Shown piece after piece: positions 42,239 to 51,297 of a DNA stretch of 64,000 bases. Origin of the DNA: Candidatus Latescibacterota bacterium (GTDB taxonomy: Bacteria > Latescibacterota > UBA2968 > SICM01); the NCBI GenBank assembly GCA_965217865.1, contig CBDCJO010000002.1:4000001-4064000 (forward strand), read 5' to 3'. The translations under genes were made by a program, and so were the position numbers. Numbering within the stretch: the first letter of the stretch is position 1; the number at the start of each line of letters is the position of its first letter. Under the pieces are notes generated by a model, which worked only from the letters and a program-made list of their open reading frames with translations, did not search any database and had not been told where the DNA came from.

Positions 42239-42297
42239 GCCCTTAGATTCTAATTGCGAAATTAAAAGGTAGACCGGACTCAGGTCTGGGTTCGGGA

Positions 42298-43407
42298 TCA
42301 GGCGTCTGGGGTTTCGGTTTTCCGGTTCCGGACCAGCCTCTTCTTCCGTGCGTTGAACAGAGCGGTGAATCGTTTCCTGATTGGACCCCGCGTTTCCCCC
42401 GCGGGGGGATCGAGGGTCAGGGCGAAGCAAAGGTCAACCATATCCCTCATGTCACAGGCGGAAATATATTCCTCAGCAGGCCAGCGCTTTCCCAGATTGT
42501 GATAGTTACCGAGTGGAAACGCGAGAGCTCCCACGGTCATGCCGTGAAGCAGATAAAGCGTGGCCTCGCAAACCCCACCGCTCATCAACTGCCGTTGATA
42601 CCGGAAAGAACGCTTCCGCTTCCGAAGCTCCTGGGCACGGAAGTGGATGGCGTATTCCACTCGAGGATCGAAGGTGCTCACCCTGTCCCCGACACGGATG
42701 ACAGGCCCCTGCCCTACCTCGCCCCCCGGCAAGGCCTTACTGGCTTCCAGAACCAGAACGGGTGCGCGCGCGGGAATCATCCGTTCGAGGGTGACCCCCG
42801 CCGCACCGAGCAGCCCCACCTCCTCCGCGCGGGTGAACACGCCATAAAGGTTCGCCTCCGCTTTCACCCGATGCAAGCGGTCAAGTGTCGCCAGGATGGC
42901 AGCACATCCCGCCAGGTTATCGGCTGCCTTCGTTAAGATTCGGTCTCCGTCAAACTTCACCGGTGCGAGTCGCCAGTAGCCGAAAGCCCCGTTCGATTCC
43001 AGAACCGGCCGCTGAGTGCGGATCGAAAAGATCGAATCCTTTCCCGCCGATGTCATGAGCGGGGAGGTTATCTTTCCCGGGATCTCAACCCCATTTGAGA
43101 TAACAGTCACCTTCGAACCGGGGAAATGACGAGGGTCGCACGCACCCAGCCACTCTGCGGTGAGGTCTTTCCCCCCGGCTTGAAGAACCTCGAATCCGGG
43201 GTGATCCATGTGGGCGGTTAGTGCAAGCGGTTTTATCCCACGACCCTTTCGGTAGCGAAGCATCAGGTTGCCGTATCGATCGGATCTTACGGGGATTTTT
43301 CGATCGGTGGCAAAGACACGAACGTGGTCCTGAACCGCGTTTTCGTGGAAGGGGGCGGTGGGAAGGGAGAGGAGGTCCCGGACGATTTTTCGGGTCGCTC
43401 TGTCCAT
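42298..43407 (-). CDS. M20/M28/M42-clan metallopeptidase
   Basis: AHMDHPG, KAADN, RAEEVG and YHN motifs; start MDRATRK at 43407. Confidence 0.8.
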   Translation of the reverse strand: MDRATRKIVRDLLSLPTAPFHENAVQDHVRVFATDRKIPVRSDRYGNLMLRYRKGRGIKPLALTAHMDHPGFEVLQAGGKDLTAEWLGACDPRHFPGSKVTVISNGVEIPGKITSPLMTSAGKDSIFSIRTQRPVLESNGAFGYWRLAPVKFDGDRILTKAADNLAGCAAILATLDRLHRVKAEANLYGVFTRAEEVGLLGAAGVTLERMIPARAPVLVLEASKALPGGEVGQGPVIRVGDRVSTFDPRVEYAIHFRAQELRKRKRSFRYQRQLMSGGVCEATLYLLHGMTVGALAFPLGNYHNLGKRWPAEEYISACDMRDMVDLCFALTLDPPAGETRGPIRKRFTALFNARKKRLVRNRKTETPDA

Positions 43408-43414
43408 AAAATCC

Positions 43415-43465
43415 GTGAAACGGCAAACGGCAAACGGGAAACGTGGATCGGGATTTTTCGTTCGT
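43415..43465 (+). repeat. AAACGGC/AAACGTG heptamer run
   Basis: Read directly. Confidence 0.7.
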
Positions 43466-43477
43466 GAACGCCGTCCT

Positions 43478-44944
43478 TCAAGTCCACCGGCTGATGGTGA
43501 CCTTCTGGCGGGTGAAGAAGGCCACGCCCTCCCGTCCCTGGACGTGAAGGTCGCCGAAGAAGGAGGCGTTCCAGCCGGAGAAGGGGAAGAAGGCCATTGG
43601 GGCGGGGACACCGACGTTGATGCCGACCATGCCGGCGCTTATCCTGTGGCGGAATTTCCGGGCTGCGGTTCCGCTGGAAGTAAAAAGGACCGCGGCATTC
43701 CCGTAGCCGCTATCGTTGCAGGAATCGATCGCGGCGTCCAGATGGTCCGTCCGGATGACGGAAAGGACCGGGCCGAATATTTCATCGCGAGCAATTTCCA
43801 TCTGGGGGGTTACGTGATCGAAGACGGTCGGACCGACATAGAACCCCCCGGGGGGGTCATCGACGGTGACATCACGACCGTCCACGAGAAGCTTCGCTCC
43901 TTCAGAAACCCCTTTTTCGATATAGCTTCGGATCCGTTCGAGGTGTTGAGGGGTGACGACGGGGCCCATCTGGGCTTGGGGGTTGCGGTCCGTGGGGCCT
44001 GTCCGGAGGTTTTTGACGGCATCGCAGAGCCGCGGAAGCAGACGCGTCCCGGCTTCTCCAACACAGACGAGGACGCTTCCGGCCATACAGCGTTCGCCAG
44101 CACAACCGTAAGCGGAACCGAGGATTGCATCGATGGTCGGGTCAATGTCTGCGTCCGGCATTGCGACCATGTAGTTTTTTGCCCCGCCTGAAGACTGGAC
44201 GCGCTTCCCTTTCATTGTCGCGACTTCGTAAACGTGCCTGGCCACGGGGGTGGACCCCACGAAGGAGATGGCGTGAACCCGGGGGTGGGTCAGGAGAGCG
44301 TCCACTGCGGCCTGGCCGCCGTGGACCAGGTTGAGAACGCCGGGTGGGAGTCCGGCTTCGATGAGGAGTTCAACGATTCGGATGGCGCTGAGGGGTACCT
44401 TTTCAGAGGGTTTGAGAACAAAGGTATTGCCGCACGCCAGGGCGATCGGAAATGTCCACATCGGGACCATCACGGGGAAGTTGAACGGGGTGATGGCCGC
44501 GCAGACTCCGAGGGGTTGGAGAATGGTATCGCTGTCGATGTCTCGCGCGATGTTTTCGAGAGATTCACCCATCATCAAGGAGGGTATGCCGCAGGCGAAT
44601 TCAACGACTTCGATTCCCCGCCTTACGGAGCCCCTGGCCTCGTCGAGGGTCTTCCCGTTTTCCCGGGTCACCGATTGTGCGAGTTCCTCGAAGCGGTTCT
44701 CCAGGATCTCCTTGTATCGAAACAACAGTCGGACCCTTTCGACCGGCGGGGTCTCGGCCCACGTGGGGAATGCCCTGTCCGCGGCGTCGACGGCCAACCC
44801 CACCTCATCGGCCCCGCAGAAGGGCGTCGAGGCGATCTGGGTCCCGTCCGAAGGATTGTAGACGGGTTCGGAGGTCGTGGCAGCAGACGTGAACCACTCA
44901 CCCCCTATGTAGATGGGACATGTCGGTGGGGGAGGGGGAGTCAT
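43478..44944 (-). CDS. mmsA: CoA-acylating (methyl)malonate-semialdehyde dehydrogenase
   Basis: ITPFNFP, LKPSEK, SFVGST, GGAKN, GCAGERCMA, EIFGP, INVGVPAP. Confidence 0.92.
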   Translation of the reverse strand: MTPPPPPTCPIYIGGEWFTSAATTSEPVYNPSDGTQIASTPFCGADEVGLAVDAADRAFPTWAETPPVERVRLLFRYKEILENRFEELAQSVTRENGKTLDEARGSVRRGIEVVEFACGIPSLMMGESLENIARDIDSDTILQPLGVCAAITPFNFPVMVPMWTFPIALACGNTFVLKPSEKVPLSAIRIVELLIEAGLPPGVLNLVHGGQAAVDALLTHPRVHAISFVGSTPVARHVYEVATMKGKRVQSSGGAKNYMVAMPDADIDPTIDAILGSAYGCAGERCMAGSVLVCVGEAGTRLLPRLCDAVKNLRTGPTDRNPQAQMGPVVTPQHLERIRSYIEKGVSEGAKLLVDGRDVTVDDPPGGFYVGPTVFDHVTPQMEIARDEIFGPVLSVIRTDHLDAAIDSCNDSGYGNAAVLFTSSGTAARKFRHRISAGMVGINVGVPAPMAFFPFSGWNASFFGDLHVQGREGVAFFTRQKVTISRWT

Positions 44945-44993
44945 AAGCGGTTTTCTCCTTAGATTAAAACGCCGTTCGATTCGTCTGCCCGTT

Positions 44994-45878
44994 TTAGCTT
45001 CTCACAAACTTTTGCAGCCGCTGTCCCCGGTCTTCCCCCCCGATCTCGGCGACATAGACGCTTCCCTCGTCATCGACACAGATCCCGTGGGGGGCCTGAA
45101 GCACGCCTCCCGAGGCGCCGGAGAATCGGCTGATCCGTTTCCCGTCGGGCGACCAGACGCTGACGTGTCCGTACCCCCCCTGCTCGGCCACGTAGATGGT
45201 GTTGTCGTCCGTTACCCAGACGTCCCCGGGCATCTCCAGGTCGTTCCATTCTTCGATAAATTCACCGTCTGGATCGAAGAGCTGAATCCTGTCGTTTTCC
45301 CTATCGCACACGAGGACACGGCCGGTTTTATCGCAACCGATGTTGTGGACGACAGCGAACTGGCCGGGCCCGCTTCCCGCCTCTCCCCACGCCATCAGGT
45401 GCTCCCCTTCCTTGGAATATTTGTGTACACAGCGATTGCCATAGCCGTCGGAGACATAGAACGAACCATCCAGCCCGAAGGCGACGCCCGTGGGCATGTT
45501 GTACTCTTTGCGGTAGTGGGTTACACCCGACTGGCCCCTGTTGCCCCACTCGCGCTCCAGTTCCCCCAGCCTCGTGTATCGGCGAACGATGTGCTGGAAA
45601 GAATCGGTCAGGTAAACCTGGTCGTCCGGCCCGATGAAGATGCCGTGTGACTGGCTCACCAGGTTCGGAGAAAGGCCGAACTCCCCATAGCCCCAAGATG
45701 TGATGAAGTTACCGTCCTTGTCGAACACAATGATGGGGTGTTTTCCGCGAGTGAAGGCATAGATGCGTCCACGAGAATCGATCGCAGCGTCTGACACCAG
45801 AGAAAAGACCCATCCTTCCGGAAGCTTGGCCCAACCGTCAACGACTTCGTACTTATAATCGCCCTGTCCCAGGGCCAT
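44994..45878 (-). CDS. NHL-repeat beta-propeller (PAL-like lyase family)
   Basis: YVSDGYGN, WG..GSGPGQF and DRENDRIQ repeats. Confidence 0.85.
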   Translation of the reverse strand: MALGQGDYKYEVVDGWAKLPEGWVFSLVSDAAIDSRGRIYAFTRGKHPIIVFDKDGNFITSWGYGEFGLSPNLVSQSHGIFIGPDDQVYLTDSFQHIVRRYTRLGELEREWGNRGQSGVTHYRKEYNMPTGVAFGLDGSFYVSDGYGNRCVHKYSKEGEHLMAWGEAGSGPGQFAVVHNIGCDKTGRVLVCDRENDRIQLFDPDGEFIEEWNDLEMPGDVWVTDDNTIYVAEQGGYGHVSVWSPDGKRISRFSGASGGVLQAPHGICVDDEGSVYVAEIGGEDRGQRLQKFVRS

Positions 45879-46145
45879 ATCATTCTCCTCTAATGAGATC
45901 TCAGTTCCGCGACTGTTCTGCCCTTTCCGTGATTGCGTGAAGGTAATGGCAAAGGGTTCCAGATGTCAACCCTATTCTACGGAGGTGGCCAGGGTAATTG
46001 GGCTTGATCTGACGCGGGTTTTTTCTCTATATTTTCTCTCGATTTTCCTGAACAGAAAGGCAGAGGCCAGAGGTTGGGGGTCAGGGGTCAGGGAAGTCAA
46101 AACCAAAATTCAGGAGCCGGGGGGCTCGCGACCTATCGGAGACGG

Positions 46146-47849
46146 TCAGGTTACCCTCAAAGCCCGACACCACAATTCCATCGTGACCATCCTGCCGATC
46201 AGGTCCCACTGATCGGCGTGGCCCTGCTCCTGATCGGATAGGAGGCGTTCGACAGCGCTCGGACGGAACAGCCCGCGCTGACGGGCATCCACACCCAGGA
46301 GGAGATCGCGCTCGAAATTGCAGAGGGCGTGACTGCGTTGATGCCAGGTTTTTGTTCGTGCGAGTGAGGGTTGGGGTGGATGACTCCGAAGACGACCCAG
46401 GAGTCTGGAGAGGAAGAGACGCCCGGAGCCTGTGGCCACCGGCAGGCCGGTTTTGGCCCAAGGAATACGCGCAAGTTTCGGAAAAAGATGGCAGAAAGCC
46501 CTGACGTAGAGACGCTGGTCAGCACGGAGAGAGGGTTTGACATCGCGGATGAAGTCCATGAGATCCCGGTCGAACAGAGGGAGCCTGATCTCCACCCGGT
46601 CGCGAAGTGTCACGAGGCCCATGAGAATGAACCGGCGCTGTCTCTGGGAAATGTCCAGAACGTCCAGCCGGTTGACCGGGGAACGGAAGGGACATAAGGC
46701 ATCGAGGCCGTTGAGGGATTCGGGGATGTAACGTTCGGTCAATTGAAAAAAATCATCGGTCAGGAGGGTCCGGCGGAGTCCCCTGGACAGAGAGGGGACC
46801 ATGTAGGGGAGGACCGATCTCCGTCCGGCAAGCTTGGTCCCCAAGGAGACAAAACTTCCGAGCATTTGCATTCCGGAAAGGGCGATCCGGGTTTGATTTC
46901 GAATTTTGTCGTAGGTCCCGACGGCGAAGGCGTGATGGAGGTTAAACGCCCCATCGGTTTTCTGGACTATGGATTCCGCGCGCCCCGGCAGTTGGTCGGG
47001 TCCGATCCGGAAGGTGTGGTGTTCCACACCAAGCAAACGCGCGACACGATCTGCGATCTTCACATCCTCTGTATCCGGTTCCCCAAAAGTAATGGCTTTG
47101 ATTCGATGTCGTGAAGATGCCGCGGCGGCGAGGACACGGGAGTCGAGCCCGCCGCTCAAGAGGACCCCGACCCCCTCCTCGGAGCAGTCCAGGATAGCGC
47201 GCCGGAGCCTGTCGCCCATCATCCTGACCGCTGTGGTTCCGGACGGCCCTCCTTCGTCTTCCCTGTAGTCCGGCTTCCAGTATGCGTCCACGGTCTTCCG
47301 ATTGCTTTGCCAGGTCAGGACAGTCGCGGGGGGGACAAGGCTGATATCTTCAATGAGGGTCCGGTGCTCCAGGAGTTGACCAAAACAGAGAAGGTCGGAT
47401 AGGGCCTGGTCATCGAGCCGGTTTTGACTTCCGGGATCCCCCATCAATGCGAAAGCCGAGGAGGAAAACATGAATCGTCCTCCCCGAATGGCCCAGCAAA
47501 GAGGCGAGAAGCCGTAACGGTCGGTGATAAGACGCAAAACGCGATTCCTGGCGTTCCATATGGCCAGGGCGGCCGGAGGTCGCAAGGATTCAAAGGGAAG
47601 CGGTCCGACGCCGTCGACCCTGCGGTCGAGGGATGAGATGCCTTCATACGCCGTGATGACGTCGGACGTGGCATCTATTCGCACCGGATGTCCCTCCAGT
47701 CCGGCAACTGCGATCGAACACTCAGCCGTTTCGACGCATTCAAGGAGGTCGTGCGGTCCTTTGAGGCGGACGCACAACCGTCGAAATAATTCAGACCGCA
47801 TCTCAGGCGATTCGTCGGGTGTCCAGACGACGCCTATTATTCCGGGCAT
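46146..47849 (-). CDS. Asparagine synthetase-related protein lacking the N-terminal catalytic Cys
   Basis: TDRYG..PL, LSGGLDSR, RLPLFD; starts MPGI. Confidence 0.8.
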   Translation of the reverse strand: MPGIIGVVWTPDESPEMRSELFRRLCVRLKGPHDLLECVETAECSIAVAGLEGHPVRIDATSDVITAYEGISSLDRRVDGVGPLPFESLRPPAALAIWNARNRVLRLITDRYGFSPLCWAIRGGRFMFSSSAFALMGDPGSQNRLDDQALSDLLCFGQLLEHRTLIEDISLVPPATVLTWQSNRKTVDAYWKPDYREDEGGPSGTTAVRMMGDRLRRAILDCSEEGVGVLLSGGLDSRVLAAAASSRHRIKAITFGEPDTEDVKIADRVARLLGVEHHTFRIGPDQLPGRAESIVQKTDGAFNLHHAFAVGTYDKIRNQTRIALSGMQMLGSFVSLGTKLAGRRSVLPYMVPSLSRGLRRTLLTDDFFQLTERYIPESLNGLDALCPFRSPVNRLDVLDISQRQRRFILMGLVTLRDRVEIRLPLFDRDLMDFIRDVKPSLRADQRLYVRAFCHLFPKLARIPWAKTGLPVATGSGRLFLSRLLGRLRSHPPQPSLARTKTWHQRSHALCNFERDLLLGVDARQRGLFRPSAVERLLSDQEQGHADQWDLIGRMVTMELWCRALRVT

Positions 47850-47985
47850 CAGAGGCCTTTTCGGTTTCCGTTAGGCGGTTAATTTATTCGCGGTATGCCT
47901 CCCGGTTCTTTCCCCACTTCCTAAGCTTCACCTGATCGATCAATATAGCAACGACAGGCGTTCGATCGCAAGTATTCGTGAACCC

Positions 47986-48792
47986 ATGAACAACGACAGG
48001 TTGAAGAGCGAAGAAGCTTTCCACGATGCCTGGGCCCGGCAGATTCAGGTGGAGGCCATCGACCCGGAGTTGGCATTTCACCCTGATATTTCCCCCGAGA
48101 CCCATTACGCCCTCGACCGGTTAGGCGATCTGGAGGGTCGAAAGGTACTCGATCTCGGCTGTGGTGCTGGTGAGGCAAGCGTCTTTTTTGCGCGTCGGGG
48201 CGCAGAGGTCTGGGCAGCGGATCTCTCCTCGGAGATGTTGAAGGTCGCCGAGCGGCTGTCAAGACGGTACGGGGTATCTGGAAAAATTCGGTTTGTAAAG
48301 GTCAACGCGGAGGCCATGGCGTTTCCGTCGGCGACATTCGATCGTGTCTACGGATTCGGGGTCCTTCATCACCTGAATCTCGAAGCGGCCGCCTCAGAGG
48401 TTGGAAGGGTCTTGAGGTCGGATGGAAAGGCCGTGTTCGTGGAACCCTTGAAATACAACCCGATCATCAATCTCTATCGCTGGATGTCCCCGGACGTGAG
48501 AACCCCTGATGAACATCCGATTTCATTTGAGGATATCAAAAAGATCGGGAAGCCTTTTCGCCGGACACACCACAAGGAGTTTCAACTGATTTCCCTTCTG
48601 ATTCATATCTACTTCTTCGCTGTTTTAAAGATTGACCCCCGCACCGAACGATACTGGAAGCTGGCCGTCCAGAAAGGCCGAAGGTACGAGAATTGGTTTC
48701 GCGGGGTCCGCCGGTTCGATCGCGTCGCCCTAGATCGGATCGCCCCGCTTCGGTGGTTGAGCTGGGCAAGTGTCGTGGAGCTGTGGAAATGA
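47986..48792 (+). CDS. Class I SAM-dependent methyltransferase
   Basis: VLDLGCGAG, GVLHH, RTPDEHP. Confidence 0.9.
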   Translation: MNNDRLKSEEAFHDAWARQIQVEAIDPELAFHPDISPETHYALDRLGDLEGRKVLDLGCGAGEASVFFARRGAEVWAADLSSEMLKVAERLSRRYGVSGKIRFVKVNAEAMAFPSATFDRVYGFGVLHHLNLEAAASEVGRVLRSDGKAVFVEPLKYNPIINLYRWMSPDVRTPDEHPISFEDIKKIGKPFRRTHHKEFQLISLLIHIYFFAVLKIDPRTERYWKLAVQKGRRYENWFRGVRRFDRVALDRIAPLRWLSWASVVELWK

Positions 48793-49600
48793 ATCATGGC
48801 AGGGTTCACGTTTCGTGTAACTTATGCGGGTGCAATCACACCGATCTGTTGTATCTGAAAAACGGTCTTCGGGTGGTCCAATGCAGGGTCTGCGACCTTG
48901 TCTACTTAAACCCCCGTTCTGAGAAGGATGCCGAAGTCCGGGAAAGGGAAAAGGGCCCGGCCGCTCCATGCGGCGCGAGCTTCGAACGGGAAAGGATCAT
49001 CTTCGAGCGCCGGATACTCGAAGTTCAACGGTTAAAAAGAAAACCGGGCCGCCTTCTCGACGTGGGATGCGGAACAGGAGGATTCATGGCTGTTGCCCGG
49101 GATTGCGGGTGGTCTGCCGTCGGCGTGGACCCCAATGAAGCGGCGGCAGCACACGCCCGTTGCAATCTCGGGCTGGAGGTGGTGAATGGGACACTCGAGG
49201 AACTGCCCCCGTCAAAGGGTCTTTTTGACCTGGTCACTTTTTGGGATGTCCTGGAGCACGCGCCGGATCCCATGGGTCTGATCAAAGCGCGCGGAGCCGA
49301 TTGGCTGAGGGTGGCCTGATCGGGATCACGGTCTCGAACATCTCCTCCGTGGCGGCTTGGGTCGGGGGGACGGGATGGCATGCCTTGAGGGATGAACATC
49401 TGACCTTTTTCACCCCCGAGACCCTGCGAAAGATGGTCACTTTAGCGGGTTTTGATGTGATTCGGATAGAGACGGAAGGGCTGGGGATCCCCCGGGTGGG
49501 CGGGTGGATCGGGTTTCGGTTTGCCGAGGGGGCGGTCAACGCCCTTCTCGATCTGCTTCAAGTGGGGGAGGAGGCATCTTTGTATGCGAGCAGAAAGTAG
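48789..49600 (+). CDS. Class I SAM methyltransferase with N-terminal Zn ribbon, split by a frameshift near 49284
   Basis: CNLC/CRVC, LLDVGCGTG, DVLEH. Adding one A to AAA at 49284-49286 continues into ...RLAEGGLI...EHLTFF. Confidence 0.8.
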
Positions 49601-49692
49601 CCGGACCCCCCGTTCCAATCACGTAACCTTTTCGGAAGACGTTCATATGGCCAAAGACCGGGTGCCAAACCCGAATTATGCCTGTTATTTTC

Positions 49693-49721
49693 TTGACTTT
49701 CCCGACCGATCGTGCTATTTT
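49693..49721 (+). promoter_or_regulatory. Probable promoter of the BMC operon
   Basis: TTGACT-17 bp-TATTTT with an extended TGn. Confidence 0.55.
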
Positions 49722-49802
49722 GCCTGATTCAGAACAGTATGGGATCGGACAGTCCCAAAACTATTTGTTAGCGAATATTTGGACCTAAAACGGATCCCGC
49801 CG

Positions 49803-50531
49803 ATGGCAGATGGGTTGTCTATGCTCAGGGTGGCCTCCGTGTGCGATGACTGCCGTTTCTGCTGGCGTGGAAATCCCGGGGAGGACGGGGGGCGGATCGG
49901 TCTTGAGTGGGTTGTACGGGAAGTCGTCCGCCGGGTCCGATCCGAGTCCGCAAGGGACAGAAACCGTTTGGTCCCGGTGGGGGTTTCGGTTCGGCACATC
50001 CACCTCAATCAGAAGGCCCTGGATCAGCTCTATGGGACCGGGAGCAGGCTGACAAAATTCCGCGATCTCTATCAGCCCGGTGGCTATGCAGCTGAACAGA
50101 CGGTCACGCTCATCGGTTCCCGAATGCGGGCGATCGAACGGGTTCGGGTGCTAGGCCCGTTGCGGGATTATGTTCAGGTGGAGCTTGCCCGGACGGACGG
50201 GATTCTCCTCGGGATTGACCTGCCGGTCCGGGATTCGGGCAATCTGGAAGGCGCCTCGCCGATCACCCTGGTGGGTCCCGAAGGGTCCCTCACCCTTCCT
50301 GTCGCGATAAGGGCTATTCGACACGTCCATCTCGGTCCAAAGGACGTGATTCAGATGGGACTCCAGGAGGTTGAAAAGGTTCGTGTCCGCACAATGGGAC
50401 CCAAGGCCCTCCATTTCGAAAATGTTTCCGTGAAAGTTGCAAACGATTACATCCCGGAACTGCACCTGGATACCGACGACGCAAACGCAGCGGATCTGGT
50501 CTGCAGCGATCCAGTAGAAATCGAGCGGTGA
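49803..50531 (+). CDS. pduL: Phosphate propanoyltransferase PduL (BMC phosphotransacylase)
   Basis: VS.RHIHL, VRVLGPLR..QVE, RDSG, RHVH, LHLDTDDANA. Confidence 0.92.
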   Translation: MADGLSMLRVASVCDDCRFCWRGNPGEDGGRIGLEWVVREVVRRVRSESARDRNRLVPVGVSVRHIHLNQKALDQLYGTGSRLTKFRDLYQPGGYAAEQTVTLIGSRMRAIERVRVLGPLRDYVQVELARTDGILLGIDLPVRDSGNLEGASPITLVGPEGSLTLPVAIRAIRHVHLGPKDVIQMGLQEVEKVRVRTMGPKALHFENVSVKVANDYIPELHLDTDDANAADLVCSDPVEIER

Positions 50532-50555
50532 AAAATAAACTGGTTGAACGGATTG

Positions 50556-50861
50556 ATGGGCAATATGCGGGGACAGGCTCTGGGGATGGTTGAGACGAAG
50601 GGGCTGATCGGTTTGATAGAAGCCTCCGATGCCATGGTCAAGACCGCGCTGGTAACGCTCCAGCGTTACGAGAAGATCGGTCTGGGTTACGTCATAACGA
50701 TGGTCCGTGGAGATGTGGGAGCCGTACAAGCGGCGGTGGAAGCCGGGGCTTCTGCGGCCCAGCGGGTTGGAGAACTGGTATCCGCTCATGTCATCCCCAA
50801 CCCTCATTCAGAGGTTGAACAGGCGATCCTGGAAGCCCCTTCACCCCCTGGGGCCGGATAG
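50556..50861 (+). CDS. BMC-H shell hexamer
   Basis: [27 protein letters not shown]. Confidence 0.95.
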   Translation: MGNMRGQALGMVETKGLIGLIEASDAMVKTALVTLQRYEKIGLGYVITMVRGDVGAVQAAVEAGASAAQRVGELVSAHVIPNPHSEVEQAILEAPSPPGAG

Positions 50862-51001
50862 CAAGGGTAAAAGGCAGCCAGCAAACGTTAAAGGAAAAAA
50901 TGATGAGTGGTGAATTGTGAATCGCAACTTCACTTTCTTCACCTTGATCATCTAAGATTTTCTCCGTTTCATGTTTCACTTTCACAAAGAGGAGCGAAGG
51001 C

Positions 51002-51283
51002 ATGGGTGAAGCACTGGGGCTGATTGAAACAAAGGGTCTGGTGGCCTTGATTGAGGCCTCCGACGCGATGGTCAAGGCCGCCAACGTGAACCTCGTCAGT
51101 TGGGAGAAGATCGGGGCGGCATACGTCACTGCCGTCGTGCGAGGCGATGTGGCCGCGGTGAAAGCTGCCACCGATGCCGGCGCTGCAGCAGCACAGAAGG
51201 TCGGGGAACTGATCTCGGTCCACGTCATCCCGAGGCCGCACAGCAGCCTTGAAGATGTCCTGCCGATCGGCAAGTCGGAATAA
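51002..51283 (+). CDS. BMC-H shell hexamer (EutM/PduA-like)
   Basis: [34 protein letters not shown]. Confidence 0.95.
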   Translation: MGEALGLIETKGLVALIEASDAMVKAANVNLVSWEKIGAAYVTAVVRGDVAAVKAATDAGAAAAQKVGELISVHVIPRPHSSLEDVLPIGKSE

Positions 51284-51297
51284 TCGGGATTTAGCGG

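Larger units (their letters stand above)
39344..42258 (-). mobile_element. IS1595-family element carrying passenger genes
   Basis: 28-bp imperfect IRs CGCAATTAGAcctcatGGGCTTGACTTT / CGCAATTAGAatctaaGGGCTTGACTTT. Perfect 8-bp TSD AAATTAAA at 39336-39343 and 42259-42266. Confidence 0.93.

Noticed and set aside
43408-43611. N-terminal extension of the M20/M42 peptidase ORF
   Set aside because: It overlaps mmsA and a repeat run; the real start is probably ATG 43407.
46146-47849. Lasso peptide cyclase
   Set aside because: No B1/B2 proteins or precursor peptide nearby.
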